Of a stretch of DNA of 54,659 bases, positions 44,873 through 54,659 are shown one piece after another (positions within the stretch are counted from its first letter, which is position 1; each line of letters opens with the position of its first letter). The position numbers were made by a program, and so were the translations under genes. This DNA is from an uncultured Bacteroidota bacterium (GTDB taxonomy: Bacteria; Bacteroidota; Bacteroidia; Bacteroidales; UBA12481), in NCBI GenBank assembly GCA_903919925.1, contig CAIXKO010000012.1, positions 1-54,659 of the forward strand. Reading direction: 5' to 3'. The notes beneath the pieces were generated by a model. It ran no database searches. It had not been told where the DNA came from and saw only the letters and a list, made by a program, of their open reading frames with translations.

Positions 44873-46423
44873 GTGAGTAATGAACTGATTATAGATGCCA
44901 GTACAAGCGAAATAGCAATTGCTCTCCTTGAAGAAAAAAAGCTGGTAGAACTCAATAAGGAAAAATCAAATATTCAATTTGCGGTAGGTGACATCTATCT
45001 TGGCAAGGTAAAGAAAATTATGCCAGGTTTAAATGCTGCTTTCGTAGATGTTGGGTATGAGAAAGATGCATTTTTGCATTATCTCGACCTTGGCCCACAG
45101 TTCCAATCTCTCAATAAATATCTGAATCTTGCTTTGAGCAGGAAAACCAAGCTTCCTATATTGGATAAGTTTAAAACTGATCCAGATATTGACAAGCATG
45201 GCAAGATTTCCAATTTGATGAAAGCCGGTCAGGAAATCCTCGTTCAAGTAGCAAAGGAACCAATCGCATCAAAAGGACCACGGTTGACCAGCGAAATTTC
45301 TTTGGCTGGCCGTAACTTGGTTCTCCTACCTTTTTCAGATAAAGTCTCAGTTTCTACAAAAATCAAATCTGAGGAGGAGCGCGACAGGCTAAAAAGACTG
45401 ATCCTGTCAATAAAGCCTAAAAATTATGGCGTAATTGTTAGAACTGTTGCCAAAGAGCGCAAAGTCGCCGTTCTGGACGCCGAACTAAAGTCTCTGGTTG
45501 AAAGGTGGGAGTCGATCTTTCAGGATATAAAGTCTGTGGAACCCCCTACCCTCGTTTTGGGAGAACTTAACCGCACCTCCGCAATTTTAAGGGATATTCT
45601 TAATCCTTCTTTCAACAGCATTTCTGTTAACGATCAAGCTCTTTTTCGGGAAATACGAGATTTTATCATTACGATAGCCCCGGAAAAACAAAAAATTGTA
45701 AAGTATTACTCAGGTAACACTCCGATTTTTGAACACTTTGGAATTGATAAACAAATAAAAACCCTGTTTGGGAAAACCGTTTCCTATAAAAGTGGAGCCT
45801 ATTTGATTATTGAACACACTGAAGCTCTACATGTTATTGACGTAAACAGTGGAAATCGTTCTCAATCTGCCAGTGACCAGGAAACAAATGCACTCGATGT
45901 AAACCTTTCAGCTGCTGATGAAATCGCCCGCCAACTCCGATTAAGAGACATGGGCGGAATCATTGTGGTTGATTTCATTGATATGGTGAAAGCCGAAAAC
46001 CGGCAAAAGGTTTTTGATCGGATGAAGGATGCAATGAAAGCCGACAGAGCCAAGCACCATATTCTTCCTGTTAGTAAATTTGGGTTGATACAGATTACCC
46101 GCCAGCGGGTCAGACCTGAAATGGATGTTCAGATTATGGAAACTTGTCCAACATGCAGCGGCACTGGCGAAGTCACTCCAAGCATTCTCGTACTCGATCA
46201 GGTATTAAACCAATTTCTCTATATTCTTGATAAATACCCGAAGCCGAACCTAACACTTAAGGCCCACCCATACCTGGCAGCTTACCTGATTCATGGATTT
46301 CCCTCAATCCGGTTAAAATGGTCGTACAAAAACCGTAACTGGCTCAAAATCATTTCTGATCCTAATCTAGGAATTCTAAATTATGAATTTCTTGATAAAA
46401 ATGGCGAGAAATTCGTTATCTAA
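44873..46423 (+). CDS. rng: Rne/Rng family ribonuclease (RNase G-sized)
   Basis: S1 domain (GDIYLGKV..GLNAAFVD), IDVNSG, LRDMGGIIVVDFIDM, CPTCSG Zn link; GTG start. Confidence 0.93.
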   Translation: MSNELIIDASTSEIAIALLEEKKLVELNKEKSNIQFAVGDIYLGKVKKIMPGLNAAFVDVGYEKDAFLHYLDLGPQFQSLNKYLNLALSRKTKLPILDKFKTDPDIDKHGKISNLMKAGQEILVQVAKEPIASKGPRLTSEISLAGRNLVLLPFSDKVSVSTKIKSEEERDRLKRLILSIKPKNYGVIVRTVAKERKVAVLDAELKSLVERWESIFQDIKSVEPPTLVLGELNRTSAILRDILNPSFNSISVNDQALFREIRDFIITIAPEKQKIVKYYSGNTPIFEHFGIDKQIKTLFGKTVSYKSGAYLIIEHTEALHVIDVNSGNRSQSASDQETNALDVNLSAADEIARQLRLRDMGGIIVVDFIDMVKAENRQKVFDRMKDAMKADRAKHHILPVSKFGLIQITRQRVRPEMDVQIMETCPTCSGTGEVTPSILVLDQVLNQFLYILDKYPKPNLTLKAHPYLAAYLIHGFPSIRLKWSYKNRNWLKIISDPNLGILNYEFLDKNGEKFVI

Positions 46424-46446
46424 ACAACCTTTTACTTTTTTAATTT

Positions 46447-48453
46447 ATGTCCAGCAAGAAGGAATTGCGCTATCTCTTGTTAACCTTTTGTATGTTAACG
46501 CTGTCTGTATGGTCAGGCAAGTCACAAATGGTAGATCCTGTAAATTGGACCTTTTCAGTAAAGCAGGTAAATGACAGTATCTTCGAATTGCATTTCAATG
46601 CTGCCATTGAACTACCTTGGCATATGTATAACCAGGTTGTTCAGAAAGACGGACCTGAGCCAACTGTATTTTCATTCGACCCTTCATCCGACTTTCAGCG
46701 AATCGATAGTGTAGCTGAGATTACAAAACCGCTAGAAGAGTTTGACAAGATGTTCAATTTGACGGTTCACTTTTTTTCTGTTGAAGCTGAATTCATGCAG
46801 AAAATTAAAATCGTTAAAAAAAAGCCAACTATTGTCAAAGGGACTATCGATTTTCAGATATGCGATGACAAGCAATGCTCTCTAGGATCCACTGATTTCT
46901 TATTCAATATTCCGAGTTCAACCCATTCAGGTAATGAAACGGTTGCTGCTGAAGCAGATCAAGGAGTAACCCAACCTATTACCGGGTCTACAAAGCACCT
47001 GTGGGGGCTTTTCTGGTTAGCTTTTGGCAGCGGTTTGATAGCTTTGCTCACTCCTTGCGTTTTTCCAATGATACCAATGACAGTATCTTTTTTTATGCAT
47101 GGTGAAAAATCTAGGCGCAAATCGTTGTTCGAGGCGATTTTCTTTGGTATTTCCATTGTCGCAATTTTTGCCATCATTGGAACTATCGTTGCAGTTACCT
47201 TTGGACCCGGTATAGCCAACTTCCTGAGTACCCATTGGATTCCCAATGTTCTGTTCTTTCTCATCTTTCTTTTTTTCGCCGCTTGGTTTTTTGGAATGTT
47301 TGAAATCAATTTGCCAAACTGGATAATTAGTAAATCGGACAAACGTGCGGATAGAGGCGGATTAAGTGGTCCATTCTTCATGGCTTTTACAACTGTATTG
47401 GTTTCGTTTTCCTGTACAGGTCCTATTGTTGGTACCGTTTTGGTTCAGTCAGCCGGAGGTCAAATACTACAACCAATAGTTGGAATGCTAGGTTTTGGAA
47501 TTGCATTTGCACTTCCGTTCACATTGTTTGCCATCTTCCCTTCCTGGTTAACATCATTACCAAAATCCGGTGGTTGGCTGAATTCAGTAAAAGTGCTATT
47601 AGGTTTTATTGAACTTGCTCTTGGACTGAAATTTCTGAGCATTGCTGATCAAACCTATCACTGGGGTATTCTTGATCGTGAAGTTTACCTGGCTTTCTGG
47701 ATCGTCATTTTTTCGTTAATGGGAATGTATCTTCTTGGCCGAATAAAATTCAAACACGATAGCGACATAACACACGTCGGAGTTCCTCGCCTTTTGCTTG
47801 CAATCGTTACCTTCACTTTTGTTGTTTACATGATCCCAGGTATGATCGGAGCACCATTAAAAGCTCTCGCCGGGTATTTACCTCCAGAAACCTCCAGCGA
47901 CTTCGATTTAAAACACCTGATACGTCAAAGTTCTCAAACGAGCAATATTAACTCATCCAACAATCTGGGAATCTGCGAGAAACCTGAATATTCTGATAGG
48001 CTGAAACTTCCTCACGATTTAAAGGGTTATTTTGATTTTGATCAGGCCCTGAACTGCGCAAAAGCACAAAATAAACCGGTTTTTGTTGACTTCACTGGGC
48101 ATGGTTGCGTTAATTGCCGCGAAATGGAACAGAGAGTATGGGTTGATCCCCGCGTTTTGCAAAGATTACAGGAAAATTTTGTGCTTGTCGCATTATATGT
48201 TGATGATAAGGTTATTAAACTACCTGAATCTGAATGGATCACATCAACTTATGATGGAAAGGTTAAAAAGACATTGGGAAAGAAATATCAGGATTTTCAA
48301 ATCACAAGATTTGGTCAGAATACACAACCACAATATGCATTACTTGATCCTAATGGCAAGTTATTAATTCCAACCCGATCATATGATCTTAATGTTGATG
48401 CCTTTATCGATTTCCTTGACAAAGGGGTAGCTGAATTTAACAAAAAGAAATAA
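46447..48453 (+). CDS. dsbD: thiol:disulfide interchange protein DsbD family
   Basis: N-terminal CDDKQC, TM domain TPCVFP and SFSCTGP, PKSGGWL, thioredoxin GCVNC. Confidence 0.9.
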   Translation: MSSKKELRYLLLTFCMLTLSVWSGKSQMVDPVNWTFSVKQVNDSIFELHFNAAIELPWHMYNQVVQKDGPEPTVFSFDPSSDFQRIDSVAEITKPLEEFDKMFNLTVHFFSVEAEFMQKIKIVKKKPTIVKGTIDFQICDDKQCSLGSTDFLFNIPSSTHSGNETVAAEADQGVTQPITGSTKHLWGLFWLAFGSGLIALLTPCVFPMIPMTVSFFMHGEKSRRKSLFEAIFFGISIVAIFAIIGTIVAVTFGPGIANFLSTHWIPNVLFFLIFLFFAAWFFGMFEINLPNWIISKSDKRADRGGLSGPFFMAFTTVLVSFSCTGPIVGTVLVQSAGGQILQPIVGMLGFGIAFALPFTLFAIFPSWLTSLPKSGGWLNSVKVLLGFIELALGLKFLSIADQTYHWGILDREVYLAFWIVIFSLMGMYLLGRIKFKHDSDITHVGVPRLLLAIVTFTFVVYMIPGMIGAPLKALAGYLPPETSSDFDLKHLIRQSSQTSNINSSNNLGICEKPEYSDRLKLPHDLKGYFDFDQALNCAKAQNKPVFVDFTGHGCVNCREMEQRVWVDPRVLQRLQENFVLVALYVDDKVIKLPESEWITSTYDGKVKKTLGKKYQDFQITRFGQNTQPQYALLDPNGKLLIPTRSYDLNVDAFIDFLDKGVAEFNKKK

Positions 48454-48504
48454 CCAAAATGATTATTCTCTGATCACCTAACATTCACTTAGCTTCCTAG
48501 TTTC

Positions 48505-50418
48505 CTAGTTTCCCATTTTACCTGATCCTGCGGTTTTCCGAACCGCTCCTTCTTGGAAATAATTCAAGTATTTTGCAGAAGGTGATTCAATAAAATCACC
48601 ACAGTTATACTTCGACCACTTCAAATCAACAAGTTGTATAGTTTTCTGATCCATGATCGTTGGATTAGGCCATGGACGAGTAAACGAATCAAGCTCAAAG
48701 GTTTTTACAGTAGCGTCAACAAACAATGTTCCATTGAGTCTTCCTTTGGATGATGGGAAAACTTTTACATCAGTGTCAACTTCAACATTGCTGCCAGTCA
48801 GCCAAACAACTGCTCTGATATCCGTTAAGTCAACCCAATCATCAAAAATGATCCAGAATCGAATAGCGCTGAACGCGTCAAACAACCTGATTTCATCCTC
48901 AATGTCTTTCACCATCCCTGAATATGACTTTTTTAAAGATAATAATCCAATGCTGACCCCCTTTTGAACCCATTCAAGGTTCATTTGTACAATTTGCGGA
49001 TTTTGAGAACGAAAAGCTATAACAACTTGCTCATCAATAAAAACAGCTTCATTTTCTGTATTGAAAATTTCCGGCCCAGTTGCATCCAGTCCCATTTTTC
49101 CACCAAAGGCAGGCACTCTTGAGGAATGATCCAAAATATCTAACGGTCCTTTTGCCTTTTCTATATGCAAGGATGGGTCAACCCGATTGGATACATGCCG
49201 TGCAAGTGCTAAATAATCAGTTAATTCAGGACCACCGCTTGTAATCACGAGAAATTTGGAAAACATCATTTGGCCAGCACCCCATAAAGTGTGTAAGACT
49301 TTAATCCCTTGTCCGGGATAAGATGAAACGATTTTTGTCAAAACGATATTATGTGCAACTCCCTCAATAGGCAAATGAAAGTCCGTTAACTCTGGAACCA
49401 TGGCCATTTTAATCATCGGTTTAAATATCCGCTCGGTCGCCCAGGCAAACCAAGCATCTTCCTGGGGCGGTATACCAACAATTGTTGCTGGGAAAATGGC
49501 ATGGCGCTTATGAGTAATAGCAGTCAAATGAAAAATCGGGAATTGATCTTCAAGAGAATAAAATCCGGTATGATCACCAAAAGGTCCCTCCATTCTAAAG
49601 GAATCATTTGGATCAACATAACCTTCCAGGATGAAATCGCAATCTTCAGGCACCCAAATGTCTTGTGTAATACACTTAACCAGTGTAACAGGTTTATTGC
49701 GTATAAAGCCAGCTAGCAGGTACTCATCAATACCATCAGGAAGCGGAGCAGTTGCACAATAAGTATAAACTGGATCACCCCCAAGAGCAACCGCAACTGG
49801 CATCCTCTTTCCCAACCGCCGGTACTCATTTAAGTGTCTGGCTCCCGTTTTATGCATATGCCAGTGCATACCCGTTAAGGATGGTCCATAAACCTGCATT
49901 CTATACATACCCAGATTAGAGGAACCGGATAAAGGATCAACCGTATGAACCAAAGGCAATGTTAAAAAAGGTCCTCCGTCAAACGGCCAACAAGTTAGCA
50001 CAGGCAACGTCAATAAATCCGGATTTACACAAATGACTTCTTGAGAATCTCCCTTCCTATGTTTATGCTTTGGTAACCAACGCGAAATTTTACCTAATAT
50101 TGGTAACCTCCGCAAATTCGCTGAAAAGCCAAAATCGCCTCGTGTAATCATTTCTAGAAGCTTTTGAATTTCATCAGCAAGTTCCTCAGGTGAACGATTC
50201 CCAAATGCGATTTGTATTCTCTTTTCTGATCCAAGAGAATTTATCAAAATAGGATATTGGCTACCATTATCCTCAAACAAAAGCGCTTTCCCACCAGCTA
50301 TCTCCTTAGAAAATCGATCAGTAATTTCTGTAATTTCCAGATAGGGTGAAACGGTTTCTTTAATTCTGATCAATTCACCAGCCTGTTCGAGCTTATCAAT
50401 AAAAGATAATAGATTCAT
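48505..50418 (-). CDS. UbiD family decarboxylase, menaquinone (futalosine) biosynthesis type
   Basis: DGGPFLTLP, NLGMYRMQ, MHWHMHK, EGPFGDHTGFY, VGIPPQED, DILDHSS. Confidence 0.85.
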   Translation of the reverse strand: MNLLSFIDKLEQAGELIRIKETVSPYLEITEITDRFSKEIAGGKALLFEDNGSQYPILINSLGSEKRIQIAFGNRSPEELADEIQKLLEMITRGDFGFSANLRRLPILGKISRWLPKHKHRKGDSQEVICVNPDLLTLPVLTCWPFDGGPFLTLPLVHTVDPLSGSSNLGMYRMQVYGPSLTGMHWHMHKTGARHLNEYRRLGKRMPVAVALGGDPVYTYCATAPLPDGIDEYLLAGFIRNKPVTLVKCITQDIWVPEDCDFILEGYVDPNDSFRMEGPFGDHTGFYSLEDQFPIFHLTAITHKRHAIFPATIVGIPPQEDAWFAWATERIFKPMIKMAMVPELTDFHLPIEGVAHNIVLTKIVSSYPGQGIKVLHTLWGAGQMMFSKFLVITSGGPELTDYLALARHVSNRVDPSLHIEKAKGPLDILDHSSRVPAFGGKMGLDATGPEIFNTENEAVFIDEQVVIAFRSQNPQIVQMNLEWVQKGVSIGLLSLKKSYSGMVKDIEDEIRLFDAFSAIRFWIIFDDWVDLTDIRAVVWLTGSNVEVDTDVKVFPSSKGRLNGTLFVDATVKTFELDSFTRPWPNPTIMDQKTIQLVDLKWSKYNCGDFIESPSAKYLNYFQEGAVRKTAGSGKMGN

Positions 50419-50444
50419 GTGCGACTACATTATTTTTACAAGAT

Positions 50445-50476
50445 AAAAAAACCCAGGTAATAATTACCTGGGTTTT
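50445..50476 (-). terminator. intrinsic terminator of the alpha operon (after rplQ)
   Basis: CCCAGGTAA-TAA-TTACCTGGG stem with A7 on the left (U7 on minus strand). Confidence 0.88.
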
Positions 50477-50501
50477 ATCTTTAGTCAATATTTTTTAATG
50501 C

Positions 50502-50987
50502 TCAACTTTCTTTTGAGTCACTTATTGCCTTATCGTCACCAATTGCTTTTGTATCAGAAGGTTTGACAGTCTTCCTTGATCGTCTGGTTGCCTTAGCTTT
50601 AACATCAGTTTTTGACACCAACATATTTTCATTAAAATCAACCAATTCAATAATGCACATTTCAGCACTATCGCCAAGACGTGTTCCTGTTTTCAGTATC
50701 CGTGTATAACCTCCTGGCCTATCACCAATTTTCTGAACTACTTCACGAAAGAGTTCGGTAACTGCTTCCTTATCGCTTAGATAACTAAAAACAGTCCTGC
50801 GGGAATGTGTAGTATCTTCTTTAGCTTTTGTGATAAGTGGCTCAACATATTTCCTAAGTGCTTTTGCTTTGGCAACCGTTGTGCTAATCCTTTTATGCTT
50901 TATCAGAGAACTAGCCATATTACCCAACATTGCTTCCCGATGAGAACTCGTTCTCCCTAAATTATTTTGTTTATCTCCGTGTCTCAT
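50502..50987 (-). CDS. rplQ: 50S ribosomal protein bL17 with C-terminal extension
   Basis: [27 protein letters not shown]. Confidence 0.97.
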   Translation of the reverse strand: MRHGDKQNNLGRTSSHREAMLGNMASSLIKHKRISTTVAKAKALRKYVEPLITKAKEDTTHSRRTVFSYLSDKEAVTELFREVVQKIGDRPGGYTRILKTGTRLGDSAEMCIIELVDFNENMLVSKTDVKAKATRRSRKTVKPSDTKAIGDDKAISDSKES

Positions 50988-50991
50988 TGTA

Positions 50992-51984
50992 CTATTCCTT
51001 ATCTAACTTGTATTTTGCTACATCCATTCCAAAGTTCAAATTCATTATCTTGAGTAAGTCTTCGAGTTCAGTGAGTGATTTCTTACCAAAATTCCGAAAC
51101 TTCAAGAGGTCATTTTTATTGTATGCCACTAAGTCTCCAAGGGTCTCAACATCAGCAGCTTTCAAACAATTCAAAGCACGAACCGAAAGATCCAAATCAG
51201 TCAATTTGGCTTTGAGTTGCTGTCTCATATGCAAAACTTCTTCATCAAACTCCTCACTATCCATTTTTTCGTCCGATTCCAAAGTAATCTTGTCGTCCGA
51301 AAAAAGCATAAAATGATGTATTAGAATTTTTGCAGCTTCCTTTAGTGCATCCTTAGGATTTATGGAGCCGTCAGTTCTGATTTCAAGGATAAGCTTTTCG
51401 TAGTCTGTTTTTTGCTCAACCCGGAAATTCTCCACCATGTATTTAACATTCTTAATAGGGGTAAATACAGAATCTAGAGCAATTATTCCGATCTCAGCAT
51501 CTTCCGCCTTATTCTCATCAGAAGGAACATACCCACGACCTTTGCTGATAGTTAATGTCATTTGAAACTTAACGGCAGGATCCATCCGACAAATAACCAA
51601 TTCGGGATTCAATATTCTAAACCCGCTTAAAAAGTTGTTCAGATCCCCCGCCTTCAGTTTCTCCTGTCCAGTTAAAGTAATCGTAACTCTTTCATCCTCA
51701 ACTCCCTCAATTTGCTGCTTAAAGCGAACTTGCTTCAAATTGAGGATAATCTCAGTTACGTCTTCCAGAACTCCCTTTATTGTCGAGAATTCGTGATCCA
51801 CTCCTTCAATTTTCACAGTTGTAATTGCGAAGCCTTCGAGTGAACTCAAAAGTATGCGGCGAAGGGAATTACCAATAGTAATCCCATAGCCCGGTTCAAG
51901 TGGCCGGAATTCGAACTTTCCAAAGCTGGAGTCCGATTCAAGCAGGATAACCTTATCAGGTTTCTGAAATGATAGAATGGCCAT
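50992..51984 (-). CDS. rpoA: RNA polymerase alpha subunit
   Basis: [43 protein letters not shown]. Confidence 0.98.
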   Translation of the reverse strand: MAILSFQKPDKVILLESDSSFGKFEFRPLEPGYGITIGNSLRRILLSSLEGFAITTVKIEGVDHEFSTIKGVLEDVTEIILNLKQVRFKQQIEGVEDERVTITLTGQEKLKAGDLNNFLSGFRILNPELVICRMDPAVKFQMTLTISKGRGYVPSDENKAEDAEIGIIALDSVFTPIKNVKYMVENFRVEQKTDYEKLILEIRTDGSINPKDALKEAAKILIHHFMLFSDDKITLESDEKMDSEEFDEEVLHMRQQLKAKLTDLDLSVRALNCLKAADVETLGDLVAYNKNDLLKFRNFGKKSLTELEDLLKIMNLNFGMDVAKYKLDKE

Positions 51985-52001
51985 TGATCAGGATTTAACG
52001 T

Positions 52002-52610
52002 TTACTTGGAATACAATTCAACTATAAGCTGTTCCTTAATGTTTTCTGGTATTTCCGTTCGTTCGGGAATATTCAGAAACTTTCCGGACATCATGGTATG
52101 GTCCCATTCAAGCCAAGAGTACCTTGAACGCGAGGCTGACGCCAGAGAATTCAAAATGACTTCGAGGGATTTTGCCTTTTCCCGTACTCCAATGACTTCA
52201 CCAGGCTTTACGAGATAAGAAGCAATGTCAACAACCTTCCCGTCAACAACAATATGACGATGATTAACTAGTTGCCGGGCAGCAGCACGTGTGTGAGCAA
52301 TCCCCAATCGGTAAACCACGTTATCCAATCGGGATTCAAGAAGCTGCAATAATACTTCTCCAGTAATACCTTTTGTTCTTTGCGCTTTATGAAACAGATT
52401 CGCAAATTGTTTCTCCAAAACACCATATGTATATTTTGCTTTCTGCTTTTCTTTCAGCTGAGTTCCATATTCTGAAAGTTTTCTTCTCCTTCTTGAAGGA
52501 CCATGAAATCCTGGCGGATAATTACGTTTATCAAAATACTTATCCGCTCCGTAAATCGGTTCCCCAAATTTCCTTGCGATTCTGGTCTTTGGTCCAGTAT
52601 ACTTAGCCAT
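52002..52610 (-). CDS. rpsD: 30S ribosomal protein uS4
   Basis: [33 protein letters not shown]. Confidence 0.98.
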   Translation of the reverse strand: MAKYTGPKTRIARKFGEPIYGADKYFDKRNYPPGFHGPSRRRRKLSEYGTQLKEKQKAKYTYGVLEKQFANLFHKAQRTKGITGEVLLQLLESRLDNVVYRLGIAHTRAAARQLVNHRHIVVDGKVVDIASYLVKPGEVIGVREKAKSLEVILNSLASASRSRYSWLEWDHTMMSGKFLNIPERTEIPENIKEQLIVELYSK

Positions 52611-52645
52611 CTAAATCAAATTTATCGTTTGTTTATTCGAACTTC

Positions 52646-53038
52646 TTAAACTCTCCTCCGTTTTGGAGGACGGCAACCGTTATGTGGCAGAGGTGTAACG
52701 TCCACAATCTCGATAACTTCGATACCGCTATTATGAATCGTCCTTATTGCAGATTCCCGGCCATTGCCAGGTCCTTTTACAAAAACCTTTACTTTTCGCA
52801 AACCAAGGTCATACGCAACTTTCGAAGCATCCTGAGCTGCTATCTGAGCTGCATAAGGGGTATTTTTCTTTGATCCTCGAAATCCGTTTTTACCGCTCGA
52901 CGACCAAGATATCACCTGTCCCGAATTATTCGTCAGGGAAACAATAATGTTGTTAAATGAAGAATGGATATGTGCCTGCCCAAGTGCTTCAACCTGTACA
53001 ACCCGTTTCTTCGCTGCTTTAACTTTCTTCTTTGCCAT
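52646..53038 (-). CDS. rpsK: 30S ribosomal protein uS11
   Basis: [29 protein letters not shown]. Confidence 0.98.
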   Translation of the reverse strand: MAKKKVKAAKKRVVQVEALGQAHIHSSFNNIIVSLTNNSGQVISWSSSGKNGFRGSKKNTPYAAQIAAQDASKVAYDLGLRKVKVFVKGPGNGRESAIRTIHNSGIEVIEIVDVTPLPHNGCRPPKRRRV

Positions 53039-53048
53039 AGTCTAACGG

Positions 53049-53426
53049 TTATTTAGTCGCTTTCTTTTTGTTTGCTACAGTCTTACGTCTTCCTTTTCGG
53101 GTTCGGGCATTATTCTTAGTGCTTTGTCCTCGTACCGGTAAGCCGAGACGATGACGTATGCCCCTATAGGAACCAATGTCCATTAGACGTTTTATGTTTA
53201 TCTGAGTTTCAGATCGAAGCTCACCTTCAATCTTGAAATTCTCATTGATAAAATTACGGATAGCGGCGCTTTGATCGTCAGTCCAATCCTGAACTTTTCG
53301 ATTTTTATCAACACCAGCTTCATCCAAAATCCTACGGGATGTGCTTCTGCCAATTCCATAGATATAAGTGAGTGCGATTTCGCCTCTCTTGTTGTTTGGT
53401 ATATCAACACCAACGATACGTGCCAT
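53049..53426 (-). CDS. rpsM: 30S ribosomal protein uS13
   Basis: [31 protein letters not shown]. Confidence 0.98.
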   Translation of the reverse strand: MARIVGVDIPNNKRGEIALTYIYGIGRSTSRRILDEAGVDKNRKVQDWTDDQSAAIRNFINENFKIEGELRSETQINIKRLMDIGSYRGIRHRLGLPVRGQSTKNNARTRKGRRKTVANKKKATK

Positions 53427-53462
53427 AAAAGATATTCCTTATGAGTAGTTTCAAAATACCAA

Positions 53463-53579
53463 CTATCCCTGACGTTGCTTAAACTTGGGATTTTTCTTAT
53501 TAATTACATATAATCGCCCCTTCCTGCGTACAATCTTGCACTCAGCGGAACGCTTTTTGACAGATGCTCTTACCTTCAT
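53463..53579 (-). CDS. rpmJ: 50S ribosomal protein bL36, C-minus (zinc-independent) type, not in the ORF track
   Basis: Hand translation [38 protein letters not shown]; between infA and rpsM. Confidence 0.96.
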   Translation of the reverse strand: MKVRASVKKRSAECKIVRRKGRLYVINKKNPKFKQRQG

Positions 53580-53592
53580 GTTCTCTATATTA

Positions 53593-53814
53593 TCAGTTTT
53601 TATATCGGTACGCTATTCGACCTTTTGTCAGGTCATAAGGGGACATTTCAACCCTTACTTTATCTCCAGGCAGTATCTTAATATAATGCATACGCATCTT
53701 CCCGGAGATGTGAGCCGTGATCACGTGCCCGTTCTCCAATTCTACACGGAACATCGCGTTGGATAGAGCTTCGATAATTGTTCCATCCTGTTCGATAGAA
53801 GGCTGCTTTGGCAT
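53593..53814 (-). CDS. infA: translation initiation factor IF-1
   Basis: [28 protein letters not shown]. Confidence 0.98.
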   Translation of the reverse strand: MPKQPSIEQDGTIIEALSNAMFRVELENGHVITAHISGKMRMHYIKILPGDKVRVEMSPYDLTKGRIAYRYKN

Positions 53815-53817
53815 ATA

Positions 53818-54594
53818 TTAAACTTTATAAACTGCTTCTTCAATAATCTCAAAATCAGATAGTATGTCTGCATTGTCATCTCTTACTACAACCGAATGCT
53901 CAAAATGAGCCGATGGTTTTTTATCAGCGGTTCGAATTGTCCATCGGTCAGGGTCCTGGTGAATATGTCGTTTCCCCATATTTATCATTGGCTCAATTGC
54001 AATGGATAATCCTTTTTCCAAGAAAGGCCCCGTTCCACTCTTACCATAATTTGGAACTTCTGGCGGTTCATGAAGATTCCGGCCAACTCCGTGCCCTACC
54101 ATCTCCCTAACAACAGAAAATCCGTTAATCTCAGCATGCCTTTGAATAACATGCCCAATATCACCTACACGCTTTCCAGTAACTGCTTGAGATATTCCCA
54201 ACATCAAACACTCTTTTGTAACACGTATAAGTTTTGCAACTTCAGGTTTAATGTAACCAACGGAGAACGTAAAGGCCGAATCACCATTGAAACCGTTCAT
54301 TAAAACACCACAATCAACAGACACGATATCACCATCTTTCAGAATCCGACGAGAAGGAATCCCATGAACAACCTCATCATTCACTGAAATACACAGTGTT
54401 GCAGGATAACCCTGATAACCTTTGAAGCCTGGTACCCCCCCGTGGTCTCTAATATACTGTTCAGCAATCCTATCAATTTCCAAGGTGGTTATCCCTGGTT
54501 TCATTAATCCGGCTACTGTTGCTAAAGTGGCAGACACAAGCAGATTGCTCTTGCGAAGCAATTCAACATCTTCGTCTGACTTTAATTGAAACAT
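53818..54594 (-). CDS. map: methionine aminopeptidase type I
   Basis: SVNDEVVHGIP, DCG..GDSA, GHGVG..LHE, IEPM, SAHFEHSV; start moved to ATG 54594. Confidence 0.96.
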   Translation of the reverse strand: MFQLKSDEDVELLRKSNLLVSATLATVAGLMKPGITTLEIDRIAEQYIRDHGGVPGFKGYQGYPATLCISVNDEVVHGIPSRRILKDGDIVSVDCGVLMNGFNGDSAFTFSVGYIKPEVAKLIRVTKECLMLGISQAVTGKRVGDIGHVIQRHAEINGFSVVREMVGHGVGRNLHEPPEVPNYGKSGTGPFLEKGLSIAIEPMINMGKRHIHQDPDRWTIRTADKKPSAHFEHSVVVRDDNADILSDFEIIEEAVYKV

Positions 54595-54615
54595 ACAAAG
54601 AACGCGCAATACAAT

Positions 54616-54659
54616 TTAGATAGAGGCACCACTACCAGTGCGTCCCTTAATGCGACCTG
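54616..54659 (-). CDS. secY: C-terminal end of preprotein translocase SecY (truncated by the window edge)
   Basis: Reads GRIKGRTGSGASI*, resembling the Bacteroidota SecY tail; canonical secY-map-infA order. Confidence 0.75.
   Translation of the reverse strand, partial: GRIKGRTGSGASI

Noticed and set aside
44650-44955. Track ORFs 44582-44779, 44650-44955 and 44657-44866 in the hup-rng gap
   Set aside because: The region is explained by the bS22 ORF in another frame plus the hairpin.
46424-46455. CAACC...GTC ECF-like motif upstream of dsbD
   Set aside because: The -10 part overlaps the annotated ATG and the match to the 31372-31399 motif is loose, so it is too weak to call.
1-54659. CRISPR arrays, tRNA/rRNA, IS elements, prophage, defence systems, recoded stop codons
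   Set aside because: No spaced repeats, cloverleaf signatures, transposase, integrase or phage genes were seen. No intergenic gap exceeds about 225 bp, and conserved genes end normally at TAA, TAG and TGA.

Overview
Densely coded core-genome region of a Bacteroidota bacterium, most likely an anaerobic Bacteroidia/Bacteroidales lineage. The evidence is recurring TAnnTTTG -7 promoters, the porG-like/uppS/bamA/skp/skp/murI cluster, gldD/gldE, korAB, a C-minus L36 and a bS22-type small ribosomal protein. It holds about 58 CDS covering central metabolism, outer-membrane biogenesis, the engB-prs-rplY-pth cluster with a two-component system, hisS-hutH, an ECF sigma/anti-sigma trio, ssb/HU/rng/dsbD, a menaquinone-type UbiD and the distal spc/alpha ribosomal operon. 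Three coding regions absent from the ORF track were recovered by hand: bS22 (44668-44760), rpmJ (53463-53579) and the secY C-terminus. I saw no rRNA, tRNA, CRISPR array, transposase, prophage or defence island, and I cannot support a large new system. The best leads are (i) a divergent YchF lacking the canonical switch-I Cys, placed 14 bp from a PafA-like alkaline phosphatase that has lost nearly all catalytic residues, (ii) an archaeal-type GGGP synthase as last gene of the ssb-gldE-gldD unit, and (iii) cis-regulatory architecture readable from sequence: an OmpR-type tandem box, an ECF promoter built into the sigma stop codon, sigma54-like promoters, a terminator abutting the murI ATG, and a structured rplY leader. 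Reference motifs are quoted from memory and no searches were run.
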